Source of the DNA: Epiperipatus broadwayi
Taxonomy: Eukaryota > Animalia > Onychophora
Assembly: GCA_028023455.1 (NCBI GenBank)
Contig: JAQFVV010000005.1
Span: 19,282,001-19,346,000, forward strand
Direction of reading: 5' to 3'
DNA: 64,000 bases
Numbering within the stretch: position 1 is the stretch's first letter; the number at the start of each line of letters is the position of its first letter. The position numbers and the translations under genes were made by a program. This document shows, one piece after another, positions 11,851-25,000 of this stretch. A model generated the notes under the pieces. It searched no databases and was not told the origin of the DNA. It saw only the letters and a list, made by a program, of their open reading frames with translations.

Positions 11851-13982
11851 GCATATTTTGTGTAGCTTTACGCTTAGTAAAATATTAAAATTATATTAAA
11901 TCTATTAAATGCTTCCACCTGTGCATATAATTTAAATCAAATATATTCACTAGTCAGAATTTTTCCTTTTAGTGTGTGTGTGTGTAATAAAATGTTTTGT
12001 TGAATTAATTTTGGCAGTAACTTATTTATATATATTTTATTAATAATATTTTTTTAAAATCAAGAATTAGAAATTTTAAATATTCAGAGTGATATTTTAA
12101 GCTCAGCTTCTTCCTAAGCTAGTGACAGGGGCTTTCGGTTCTGTAAAAGTTGAACCTCACCCATATGATATTCTGCCACCTTTATAAATTTTCTAGGTTC
12201 GAATAACCGTTGACTGTTATAATACTAACTTTGAAATTGCAGCCAACTGAATGATAAATGTTGTAAGTCATGAAATGATGATACTAGTGATGTTGATGCT
12301 TGCTTATTTTAATGTTATATCTAAATTGGTAAGTTTAGTAATGCTAGTTTGATTGACTGCATTTTTTAAACTTTGATTTAATTAATATATTGTGTCCAGT
12401 TTAGCTTGGTTTAGATTGCATATATATATATATAAATTTAAAAGGAAACTTTTTTTTTTTTTGCTGCATATAATAGAATAGTAATAGAAAATTTTTATTT
12501 GTCAATATATAATTTTTTTTAACAAAAAAAATATTTTTTATGTATTCGCTTAAATATCAACTCTAGATAGGTTACATAATATATATATATATGACTAATA
12601 TAACTTAGTCTAAAGTGTACTAAGCAAAAATTGCAAACTTTATTCAGATTTTATGTTTAGCTCTTATACATTTTTGTATATACAGTAGTTATTTTCCATA
12701 TAATATATATCTGTTTACATTATGGATATATATTATTGGTGAATTTCTTCATAGTGCTAACAGATGTTTATTTTTTTATATTTTAAAAATTTGATTTATA
12801 GTAATATTCTGAAAAAATTAAAATGAAAGTAAACCCTGCACTTAGGACCTGTTAATTACCCCCCACCTCTCCCTTATTGATGGCAGCTGCATTATATTGC
12901 ATTTGTATGTTTTGTTTTTACAGTCAGTGCATTGAAATTTAGTGACTAATTCGGATTAATCTGAGATCATTACTCTCCAGTCAATACTCAGTATCTATTT
13001 GAAGACCAGTAACTGGATAAGTATTTGGGTTGATTATGGACCACTTACATGAAAAAGAAAGTCTAAGTTTACTTATGATTAAAAAAATTTCAAGTGGCTC
13101 AATCTCACATTATGGGTATGTCTTATAGACATACATGCTTATCATTGGTACATCATAAAGCTTATTATAAATAAGGAGAATTGAAGTATTTTATTACTAT
13201 TCATTAATATTTGCAAGTACTGTTTGAATTTTGAATAACTACAATTTCTGGAATTCATCAAAGTTTATGTAATTAACTGAAATATTAAATCTTCACATGC
13301 TAGCTACTATATTTTTGTACTTCTAAACATATATTGTTTGAAAAAAAATTGACCAATTTTCTGCACAATCTTATTATATGGACTTTTGATATAATAATCT
13401 CTGCTTTCATCTGAGGTCATAGAAACAACTCAATTGGCTGTTGAAGTTTGAACAGTTAAATTAGTTGTGTATTTAATACAACCTTATTTATCAGGCTTAA
13501 TATTAATATATAAGGCAGAACTGGATAAAGCTAATTTTTTCACAAAGAGCCTTGCACAAATATATTTAAATATGTATTGGTACTGTAAATATATAATTGA
13601 TTGCCCTATGACTATTATTTTGTATTATCATTTCATTAATTCATTCAAATATTTATTTGAGTGCAAAGTTGTTTTGTTAAAAAATGAACTTTATATAGAT
13701 CTGCCTTGTACATTAATCTCAGAACAGTTATATTTAAAGTTGTGCTAAATATATCATTGACTTGATATTCCAAGCTTTAATGTCATATTAAGATAATATT
13801 TATATTTAAATAATAATATTGCTGAAGATTGCCATTGTTACATCTGGTGAATGCAGAACCCAAAATATGCCATGCAGAGATTGATTGATTTTTTTTTTTG
13901 TCAATAAGTAATGCTTAGAAATTTAGAAAGTATGGTAGATATTACTTGAAGTTTAATATCACATAAATTATATATTTACAAT

Positions 13983-14021
13983 GGCAAAACTCTCTATATA
14001 ATTGGTGATCATGTGATGTTT
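13983..14021. repeat. Tiny remnant of the retrozyme-like family
   Basis: GGCAAAACTCTCTATATA fused to the opposite-strand end motif TGGTGATCATGTGATGTTT. Confidence 0.6.
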
Positions 14022-15519
14022 ATTTACAGTGGTTATAAAATATTAAGACTTATAATATTAACTCCGGATATTTGATTTCTTCCTATACTTACAATTGTAA
14101 ACACTGATTTTTATTGGCGTTCCTAGTATCCTTCATGATGAACTTCCTTAAATTTTTGAACTACTTTTAGAGTTCCTAGTTTGTGTTTTTAATGATGATA
14201 GTAATAATCTTTGTTTCAATTCAGTATTTTAACAGAAATGTTATAAATGCATCTTAGTTGAAATCAAACTTTTTTTTTTTTTGGCAGCAGTTATTTTTAG
14301 CCTCAAAGAAGGGCTCTAAACAGAAGTTATGCCAGAAGATAGAATCCCAAGTTTTGATGCTTTTTGGTATAGAGGAAAATCATTTATCAGATGATATAGA
14401 CTGATGGAAAACATCTTATTACAAGAAGAATACTTTGTTGAAGCAGACTACACAGCTAACTAAATTAATTTTTATGTTTAATTAGTCTGAATTTGCACCT
14501 TAGTTTTATCATCTATAAATCTTAAAGTACAATAAATACTTCTTAATTCGCTTTTGCTACTAATACAAGTAGACTGTTCTTAATCTGAAATTATTGATGT
14601 CAGGGCTTTTTTGGATTTAAATAGATTTTTACTCCCTCATAAATATTTCTTTTTAAAATATCAAACTGTATTGAAAATTTAAATAAACATTATTTTACTA
14701 TATAATTTTGTATATATTGTAACCTTTGGCTTTGCCAAGAAAGCTGGTGTTTCAGTTACTGCTGATATTTAACTAAAAAAAAAAAAAATTATAAGAAAAA
14801 ATTTTAAGTTCAACTATCTTTGTAAATCATATAAACATAGGCTAGTCTAAATAATCAATGATGTAAAATATTTCTGTCATGAATAAATAATATAGCATTT
14901 TTACTTTATTGTTTTGCTAAAATATTTAAGCTTGTAATTAAAGTAGATTTCTAATAATCTAAATTTAAAATGTAGCTAATAATAATAATAAAGGTTAGAT
15001 TGTTCTAATCTGATTTAGAATAATTAGATTAGTGCCTGAATTCACCCTAATACTAATTGAATTAAATTTAATATTAAAAGTTAAGGTATAGTTTCATAAT
15101 TAAATTAAAATATCTTTTTAAAACTAATTTGTAATAATTATCACTCCATTTATTTAAATAATAATATTAAAATTGAGTTTAGAAACTAAATTGATTTAAT
15201 TTAAAATTAGGTAATTAGCTTAGTGCTACTTAAAGAATTAAATTAGATAGTAAAAAGATAGGGGTGATTTCTAAATGTGAGTGTACATGCTTTTAATAGT
15301 AAGTTTAAAATTTTATTTGTTAGGAGAAAGATTTCTTTAGTTTGTAATATTAATGTTATTATTATTTAATTAAACATTTTAAATAAAATATTAGTGAACC
15401 TTTAAATTTATTCATTCATATAATTTAAAAGAATTTAAAAAGATCAATAAAATTTAATATTTATTTTATATATATACTTTTATTTTATTTTAACAATGTA
15501 ACTTTGTAGATGTAACATT

Positions 15520-15612
15520 TAATAACAACATATCATTCTTCTTACACTTTAAAGCAAAGTATATTTATTTATTCTTTACAGTTTTGACTGTTCCTAGCAG
15601 TCTTCGTCAGAT
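15520..15612 (-). mobile_element. Second-family short element with hammerhead-like core
   Basis: Minus strand reads CUGACGA A GACUG CUAGGAA CAGUC AAAA CUGUA AAGAAUAAAUAAAUAUACUUUGCUUUAAAGUGUAAG, with the same tail as the 6.2 and 31.2 kb copies. Confidence 0.68.
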
Positions 15613-16987
15613 TTACATTCTTAGACCATCACGTGGTTGTCTGGTTGTCTTGTTACTATTTTTAGATTCAGATTATAAAGACTAATCAACTTCTAATTTA
15701 AAGATGGTGAAATCATGAGGAAATGATGTTTCCTGTCAATCAGAATGAAAAGTGCAGATACATAATGACACTACTCAACAAATATGGTCTATACAATTTA
15801 ATGCTGAGATAGTCATGCCGAGTAATGGAACTCACTTCTAGCTATACCAATAGCCTGCCTCGCGAGTTCAAGTATGACTCTTCCGGCTGTGCAGTACAGC
15901 TTGCCTCAAGTTGACTCTAGTTCAGACCCTTCTGGCTGTGCAGGACAGCTTGCCTCGAATCTGCTGCGGACATAGCAAGTTTCCAATCCTTAGGTGGACC
16001 TGCCTCACTGCAAAGGTTTTTGCTGATGGCAGAAGGTTTATTGGAGAGCATGTTCAGTCATTCAGGTTGACAGAAGTAATTGCTCTCTGCCTTGCCTCCA
16101 GAAAGGCTGACTATTTAATGGCAGATCCCCTACCTTACTGGAAACACTCAAATTATGTGCGCGAATCCCAACGAAGGATTTATCCCCGTTGGATAGCGAC
16201 CGGGTGCTAGCCAAACAGGCAAGGAATCTGGAATAGTCCACTTCTAAATGCAAAGGTCAGATATGACAATTATTATTATAACTTCTTTGTCATGGCATAA
16301 ATGGCAGTAGCAAAAGAACCCTGAGCTTTGGCCCGAGCAGATCGGACTGTTAGCTTTTACTTAACTGCCTATCTCTGTAGGTACAATATATATAGTTATT
16401 TGCCACTCATCTCTGTAGGTACAATATATATAATTATTTTCTGTGTGTAGCATATATTTACTTTACTAAAATATAAAGCTTTCCAATTATACATATTTGG
16501 TCTTCTTACTATCTATAGTAAATTTTTATACAACATATAAAACCAATAAAATATCATGACTCCATGCTACTAAAATTTCATTTTTATTAATAAAAATCTT
16601 TCTTTTTATTAAAATACAAATCAATTTATAGCATTTCAGTGTAATCTTACTAAAATTCTTTGAAAAATCTGTTCTTTATATTTCTAAAAGTTTCTTTTTC
16701 TCTCAGTAGAAACTTAAAAAACTTATTGATTTTTTTTTTTGTTTAGTTCATTGCATGTAATTTTTTTTTTTTTAAAAAACGAAGAATTTATTTGAGCTTT
16801 TAAAACTACCCAAACATCATGTGATTACCAATAATCATCACATGATCACTATTTCTTATGCTTGCTCTTAACTGTTATTAAAATAGGCAAAACTCTATAC
16901 ATATTGCCACTCAGTGCAAGCCAGAGTAATCAATGGATGCCAGAAGGCTGTGCATAAAATCCCCATCTAGTGCCTACTCATCCAATA

Positions 16988-17029
16988 TCCCCAGACTAGT
17001 TTCTGGCTTGTGGCCTTCATCAGTTAGGA
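16988..17029 (-). ncRNA. Type I hammerhead ribozyme motif (core and stem II intact)
   Basis: Minus strand reads CCUAA CUGAUGA A GGC CACAA GCC A GAAAC UA GUC UGGGGA. Confidence 0.78.
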
Positions 17030-17439
17030 GCCTTGGATCTGAGAGCACTGCACTTAGATCTTAGGATCTAATGCAACCCTCCAGCAGCCACCTTTTATCT
17101 CTACTTAACTAGAAAACTATGAGGCTTGAATAACACCATAATATTTTCAATCTAAGCTCATTAGCTTATATAGTCATATAGGTCTGGACTCAGTTCAGTC
17201 CCCATACATTTTTGTGTGTTTGGTTCTTTAATAACCATAGCCACCACTATCCTATTAGGCAGGATTGGTTTTAAGCCAATAAACATCACATGATCACTAC
17301 TTCTTATGCTTGCTCTTAACTGTTATTAAAACAGGTGAAAACTCTCTATACGTATTGCCATTCAGTGCAAGCCAGAGTAATCAATAGATGCCAGAAGGCT
17401 GTGCATAAAATCCCCATCTAGTGCCTACTCATCCAATAT

Positions 17440-17479
17440 TCCCAGACTAGTTTCTAGCTTGTGGCCTTCGTCAGTGAGG
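17440..17479 (-). ncRNA. Type I hammerhead ribozyme motif (best-preserved copy)
   Basis: Minus strand reads CCUCA CUGACGA A GGC CACAA GCU A GAAAC UA GUC UGGGA; 451 nt from the core at 16994. Confidence 0.8.
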
Positions 17480-18249
17480 AGGCCACAAGCCAGAAACTAG
17501 TCTGAGGATATTGGATGAGTAGGCACTAGATGGGGATTTCATGCACAGCCTTCTGGCATCTATTGATTACTCTAGCTTGCACTGAGTGGCAATACGTATA
17601 GAGAGTTTTGCCTGTTTGAATCATGTGAATACCATTTCATATGCTTACTTGTGCTGTTAATAACAGTAGCAAACTCTCCATACAGTAGTTCCAGCAAGTG
17701 CAAGTCTTAATAATCAATGGATGCATCCATTGATTACTAAGGCTTGCACTTGATGGCACTACTGTATGGAGAGTTTGCTATTATTATAAATAGAGTTTTA
17801 AGATAAAAAATAAATAAATAAAACAGATAGCTCACTGCAATTAGGTTTATTAATTTATTTATGAACCAGTTTTTTTTCATTTTATTTTTAAGTGTGTTCT
17901 GTCTAATTTATTAACTGGGAAATATTAAGTCTCAAGTAGTAGAAATTTTTGAATTAACATTTTTTGATACTCCTTCATATATATGAAATAATTTTATTTT
18001 GGTGCATGATGCTTTGATTTTTAGTAATTTGCGTGTGTTTTTGTTTTGATTACCTCTTATGTGGACAATTTATATTTATTGAAGTCACATGGCTGATCTG
18101 TAAATCTCTGCTCGTTTAGCTTCAAAGAGTATTTTTTCAGTGAGTTTTTTTTTTGTTTCTGAGAGAGAAAAAAAAAAAAGATGGAAAAATCACATATCAT
18201 TCCGTAAATGATAATTATTGCTCGCCTAGAATTGATTGTTACATTAGTA

Positions 18250-18640
18250 ATTTAATTCCAAAATATAGAAATATAAAGATCCCATTTATATAGCATATTG
18301 TTTTCATCCCTCTAATTCTCTATGCTATGGCAAGCCTGGAAGTCCAAATGTATTGATTTGGAAATATTTCAATTGTTCTCATCTCTTATATTTCCTCGTT
18401 CTGCATCTCGCATTACCGCTATGAATATGAGGCAAATGGTCTCGAAAGCGCTAAGCATATAATAATTTGTGGAAGCAAATGGCCTCGAAAGCGCTAAGCG
18501 TATAATAATTTGTGGAAGCAAATGGCCTCAAAAGCGCTAAGCGTATAATAATTTGTGGAATCGTTATAGCTTCTCGTTCAAGTGTTTCATACGCTTTTTC
18601 CAAGTCACCATGATAAATTCCTACACTCAGAGAATGCATA
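18250..18640 (-). mobile_element. Possible degenerate LINE reverse-transcriptase fragment interrupted by a tandem repeat
   Basis: DLEKAYETLERE resembles the RTE RT motif DLEKAYD.V.RE; the rest is poorly conserved. Confidence 0.35.
18432..18560. repeat. 43-bp tandem repeat, 3 copies
   Basis: GCAAATGGCCTCGAAAGCGCTAAGCGTATAATAATTTGTGGAA x3, near identical. Confidence 0.95.
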
Positions 18641-19663
18641 TTTTTGAAAATAATTCTTCTTTAATAGTTCTGTGTTTATATCAAATAGTTATATTTCTAT
18701 TATCTGTTCTATAATTTATTGTAAAAAAGCAATTAATGGGAAGGAAGTGTGATTGAAATATACATATGTGTTTACAACAGTGGACAACTTTTAAAAAAAA
18801 GTCCAACTTGATATGCAGATGCATTCCATCACTAAATGGGCTGCAAGTTCTTAAGCAAATTGAATGGATGGAATTTTATTCACTCACTGATATAATAAAT
18901 TTCAAATAAATTAATTGAAATATATTTGCAGTGGACATAACATGTCAGCATTATATTCTCTTTCCCTGATCAATTGGCATCCTAAGTATTTATCTATTTA
19001 TCACTAGGGTCTATTTTCATGCTAATTATTTGTGATAGTGCCTTTTAAACATTTAAAGTGATTTATCAAAAAGAAGAATTAAGGAAGTTTACTTCATTAA
19101 ATTTTTATCTAACATTTTGGAGAAACAATTAAATTGTGTGAAATTACATAAATTTTGAAAGCTTATTGTTGATTATGGATAAATTGTTATATTTTGTTTA
19201 ATGATATGATTTGTCAAAAGTGATGTTGAAATTGAGATTTTAAATACTTTCTAGAAAATTTAACTTGTTAATTATATTAGTAGAAATATTGAAACCTACC
19301 TATAATTATTATTGTTGTTATTGTCATCACCACCATTGTCTTAATTTCTATTATTCAATTGGTATTTTATTAGGATTTGTATAAACTTTTTTGATTTAAA
19401 ATGTATTTTCATTATCCAGCCAATAATGGAAATTTATTTTTGACCTATATCTATGTTTAATTTATTGTTATAAACAAATTTTGTTGATTATCAAGTGATC
19501 TTGATTTAGTTTTTTAATCTTGTTATAATTATAAGTTTCAAAGATGGCAGTTAATTCTAAGAAGAAAAAATTAAAATAAATATTTCAAATACTAACAACT
19601 TTTCTTTTTAATATGTAACTAAGTAATTGTTTAATACATCTATCTTTTTTTTTTTTATGACAA

Positions 19664-19726
19664 AGCGTCAACTGGGAAGCCCAGCTGCTTGGAAGGCAGA
19701 TATGCTAACCGCTAGGCCACCAACGC
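19664..19726 (-). pseudogene. Retroposed tRNA-Gly(TCC) pseudogene with collapsed T-arm
   Basis: Minus strand GCGTTGGTGGCCTAGCGGTTAGCATATCTGCCTTCCAAGCAGCTGGGCTTCCCAGTTGACGCT has the Gly acceptor/D-arm start and a CTGC-CTTCCAA-GCAG anticodon arm but no TTCGA B-box. It is followed by an A-tail and flanked by a direct repeat. Confidence 0.8.
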
Positions 19727-21924
19727 TTAACTAATACATCTATCTTTTTTTTTTTTAAAAAAATAAAAATCCTATTTAACAAAAGAAGAAATTACAGTAC
19801 ATCTTCAAATTAAATATATATTGAGAAATTATAAATTAAAAAGATTAATCCATCCAATCTATTAAAAAATATTTCAAACTACTCTTGATGCAAAATTCAC
19901 ATCAGTTATATGAAATCCCTCACCAATATACTGAAAATAGGGTGCACTAATTTGTGAATTTTTTTTACATGCATATGTTTTTGTATAGAAGCCAAAATTG
20001 TAACAAGACAGCATCCTTGGAGGGAATTTGTTAGTGTCACAAATGAAAGTTTTAATTCTGTTCCAGATAATTACTGAAAATTTAAAGTGAGAAACAGGAT
20101 ATTGATTTTAAGGCTCCATCTCTTCATCTGTGGTAAACATAAACATCAACAATTCAGTAAGAAACATTTATTTATGTATATAAAAATAATCCTCATTTAT
20201 TTCTGCATGTGATTTTTAATCACAGACGAAAGTCTTTCACACTTTATAAATAATTAATAAGGATATTATCTTTAATATTTAACTGTCGATTGAAGGATGA
20301 AGTTTGAACCTAGCTCCGCTGATGTGAATTATGATTTGTATGCTTGTGTCTCATTCTAATTTCACAATAGTTAATTGAAATAGGGATTACATAAATTTTA
20401 AGTAAAATAAACAAATGTAGTTTAGTGTATGGAGCTTTTTTCATTATATTCTTACTCCATCAGTGCAATATATGTAGATTTGAACATTAATAACTGGACT
20501 TTATATATCTATATAATGATATCAAGATTTTATTTATTATTTATATGCAGTAAATGAAAATATGACGCTTTTATTTTGCATTTGCATTACCATATCAACA
20601 AGTTAAAAGTAATAATGTTTATATATATGTTACTATCTATGATTAATGCTAGATTTGTGAATATATATATATAACTTGTCTTTATAACCACATTTATATA
20701 TTTATTTGATATAAATTTGTTTACCTAGCTTACATTCATGCATAATATAAAATGTATGTGATAATACTTAGTTATGTACATACATACCCCTACACATACA
20801 GAATACTATGGAGATCTAAATATATGTAAATGTGTTATATAATTTTCTATTCATGTTAAAATGACCAATTATTAGTTAATCATTCATATACTGTATTTTG
20901 TATATAGTCGTATTTTTTTTTTTTTTAATAATCTAGTTTTAAGAGTCTTCTCTTCTATTAGGATCCATTATGTAGTTAGTGTAAAGGTTTAGCATTCTTT
21001 CGACAATCTATTTTATGGCCATATATTAAATAGTGAATATATATCACTGAATTTTCTAATTTTCCATTAATTTATGTTCTACTCCTCTTTCTTCTAATTG
21101 TTTTTCTACGAGTTTATACAATAACTTTCACAATTAATTTGTAGACTAAATTTTTTTTATTCTTCGTTACATTTTTAATATTCAAATTAGATGTTAATAT
21201 TTCTATTTTTTTAGTATTTGTCCATAATAATGACTTTATATAACTACTGCAGTAAAATGTAAATGTATTGCTACCAAGTCTGAAATTTTCAATAAAACGG
21301 TTGGAAATAATTGTAAATGGAGATTTTCAGCTTTATAAATATCATAAATATTGATATTTTACCTAACAATATTTATTCTGTAGCATGTAGCATTTTGTAT
21401 TGATTTATATACATTATGCAGATTTTAGCACATGGTGTTGTGTATGTAAGTTTTAATGTCACAAACTATTATTTTATGCAAAATAATAGGTAAATTTCCT
21501 CACACTGTGCATTATTTTGGTCTAATACATTTGTCAGACATGTAGATGACTTGAACACTTGCCAAACACACTGCTTTATATTTAAGTATGTTAAAGCAGA
21601 TAATGATACATAAACCAAGTGCTGGATATTCTAGCATGTTTGACAGAAGTTCCTGACCTCTAACATACTGATTAGACTTGAAATGAAATATATATGTGTG
21701 AAAGAACTAATTCATTATATTTCCATTAAATGGTGATTTGCAACCTTAAAACTTATATACACAATAGAGATTGCATATTATTTATTAACGTATGTTTTAC
21801 TAGCGATTTATTTATTGGTACATGTATGTGATTATATGATTGATTATTTTTAAAACTTATTTATATAATTATTACATTGGCAAAAATGATGGTAAAGTTG
21901 TTTTTTACTTTTTATTTTTAACAG

Positions 21925-22014
21925 TTCCCTCTCAACTAATTCATCTCCTTCAGTTTCACCTGTGAAATCCTCATCTGCCTTTTATAAACGAAAAGCTGGG
22001 AGTACAGATTCTGA
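21925..22014 (+). CDS. CCDC117: CCDC117-like protein, coding exon 2 (SLSTNSSPSVSPVKSSSAFYKRKAGSTDS)
   Basis: Polypyrimidine tract + acag| acceptor; 90 nt open; donor GA|gtaagt; phase 2 at both ends. Contains a basic KRK motif like the KKHKR region recalled for CCDC117. Confidence 0.82.
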
Positions 22015-25000
22015 GTAAGTTGATGACAGGTTTGAATTTTCATACTGTAGAACCTAGAAACAGTCTTTAGAATTGTTGGCTAGCAATGATGTTTGTGGTT
22101 ATTTCTTTTTCTTTGTGTTAAAGAAACTATTCTTATAAATAGTATTAAACCCACATTAAATAAAGATTTTGGTTTAACAACAGTCTTAATATAAAAAGGA
22201 TTGAAATAATTTCAAACTAAAATTATAAAAAAAGTAAAATAAGTTATAAAAAAATAAAAAAAAGGAAGCTATTATTCATTTCACGAGACAATGATGCCAT
22301 AAATAGGAAGGACACGTGCTACGCTTTATCGAAGAAATGGAATTAGCATATTTGCATATCATTAAATGTATTAGCAAGCTATGATTATGAAGGCAAGATC
22401 CTTTGAAAGTGCTTAGCTAGTTTATTATTTTTAGTTATCTATTTTGTATTAATAGCTTTTGGGAACAGTTGCGCCGCACACACACTCGTGCTTGAATACA
22501 TATATTTCCCAAAAGTAAAAAATTATTTGACTTAATAAACAATATAGAAAAATTAAATTTATGGAGGTGAAAACTCAGTAACAAGTAGAAGGTTGATATT
22601 AATATTAGTTATATAAGAATTTTAAAAATATTTATATAAACATTTCATAGAAAAAAATAATCTATAAGAATAGTTAATAAGTTCAATAATAAATATTAAA
22701 CTTAAATTTAAAGTGTATTCATTCATATTTAGATTAATAATAGAACATTAATAAATAAATAATAAAAGATTATACATTAAGTTAGATATATTTTTTATCA
22801 TTTTGATAATATTAATTAGTATAAAATACATTTTATAAAATAGCAAGGACTTACTGCCTTTGACTTTTTGTGATATAAACATAGTATAAAATTTGAGGAT
22901 AGCTTACAATCGTGTTCAAACCCACCCTTATGTATCCATAACATCAAGTGAAACCCATTGGAAACATAAACTGAGATGATGGATTAGGTATGCATTATCA
23001 ATTTTTTTTATGCAAACAGACATATAGGCATTAAAAGTTTATTTTAATAGTTATTAAATCAAGATAGTGTTAAAATGAAATAAATACTCTTTTTTAATGG
23101 AAAGTAAAAACCCAATTAAAAGGACCTTTCATATATATATCTATGCTAATAATCAGTCATTTGTCATTGTGTAAACGTCACTATTTAAGAATCAGACTTT
23201 GTAGGTATGGTGATGATCTAATGTCAAGTCAATACCTAGACAACCAAGTGTTAGAAAATGAGAATAGAATTTTACTACAGAATTTTATTACGTAATTTTA
23301 ACTTTATCTAGAACCAATATATATAGGCAACAATAAACAACTGCAGCAATTAAAAAGGAAATGAAAGAGCTCATATACTAAACAACGGAAACCAAGTCCA
23401 GTATAAAAGCAAACCCAATTCATTTCCATTCTCTTTCGTTATTTAACAAAGCATAGGATAATCACACACAACCAATATCTTAAAATTGAACCATAGAATG
23501 TAAGATAAGATAGACGACATGTTCGGAAATCTCATTTTAATTATAAAATTTTCACAGTGTAAAAAGTTAAAAGAAATCGCAATTAACGCTTAAAATAGAG
23601 AAAATTGATAATTTTCTAACAATTTAATGAGAGAACTGAATTAATTTTAAATTGACAAGTGAAAATAACTGACTGTGCTATTATTCAAATGAGAGGAAAG
23701 AAAATAATATATTGCCAGCATATGTATATACTCGGATGATGAAGTAAATTTTCTTTGATATAATTCTCTAAATACCAAGTAACAAATTGAAGAAAATTGA
23801 ATTTATTATAAAGTACTAAACCATTTATTCTGGCTAAATAAAGTCGACATAGAATTAAATTGCTACCATTCCAGCCATAAAGGATTCACCTGTATACATA
23901 ATGCCTAAAGAAGAATAAAGTGCCTCATTTTAGAAGGGGAGCAACTGCAGAAATGGAAACAACATCTTTCAAGCGCGTTACCGGAGGATTTGAGCAAGCA
24001 ACTGAGGATTTATTGGAGTAGAATGATGAGAATAAAGATAGACTGTATACATGAGAGACATTATTAATAGATTCAAGAACTTTAATCAGGGTGATTTGAA
24101 AAGAAATTGATTTATCATGTGTTATATATTTTTATTTATTTATGCGTTTGTAAGTTCTTATTTTATTCTCACACTTGAAAGTTTTAATGTGCCTGCAGTA
24201 GGAATAGTCCATTACGATAAAAAGCATCATAAGGCAAGGGAAAGGTTTATTAAGCTAGATGAAATTTTTTTTTGTATTTTTTGAAAATAAAGTTTAGGTT
24301 AATTCCCCCCATAGTGACTTGACATTTGGACATCACCATGATTTATGGAATAAGGTAAGAATTTTCTGATTCTATTCCATATTAAATACATGCACTATTA
24401 CAGGACAGAATTTGTGTTAATTGTTTATTTAACTAACAGTAGTCATATATAGTTTATTTGGTGTGAATGACTAATTTTCTAATATGAATGTCCCTTTTCT
24501 ATCAACTATACATAGGTAGGGGGTCCCAAAGAAGATGGAACAGCAATCACCGGAATTCAACGATGAGGGTTTTGTATATATCTATTTGCATATTGTGATA
24601 AATTAGTTAGTCAGCTTTACGATCATTGTAATAATGAATCATTGATTTTTTTTTTGTTAAATTTACCTACTTTGTAAATATCTTGTGTTTTGTCATGCAT
24701 ATCTACTATGGGAAGGGTTGGAATAATAAACACATTTAATCATTAATATGGTAGAGATGCATACTTGACACACATTTGTATATATATATTATTATCATGT
24801 TAAAAGAGTTAGAATTTTATCTATTATCAAATAAACATTGTCAGTTTGATTTAAATTAAAATTGGTCTCTAGTTTATCAAATCATTCATCCATCAATTTA
24901 TTTGACTATATAAATGCACACACGTATGTATTATTATTATATGTAACACAGCAATAGGGTTGGATGTATTTTTAAGTCAAAGGAATCTATATAGGGGTGC

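Larger units (their letters stand above)
16812..17780. mobile_element. Retrozyme-like tandem dimer with fold-back arm, plus adjacent subfamily-B palindrome
   Basis: Monomers start at 16836 and 17281. Strand switch at ~17480 inside the ribozyme; inverted arm to ~17617. A second hairpin at ~17620-17780 is centred on ATGGATGCATCCAT. Confidence 0.87.

Noticed and set aside
18432-18560. Three near-identical 43-bp repeats, superficially CRISPR-like
   Set aside because: Directly adjacent with no spacers, in eukaryotic intronic context; an ordinary minisatellite.
23200-24080. Possible decayed LINE RT C-terminal region
   Set aside because: Only vague composition cues; no motif could be read with confidence.
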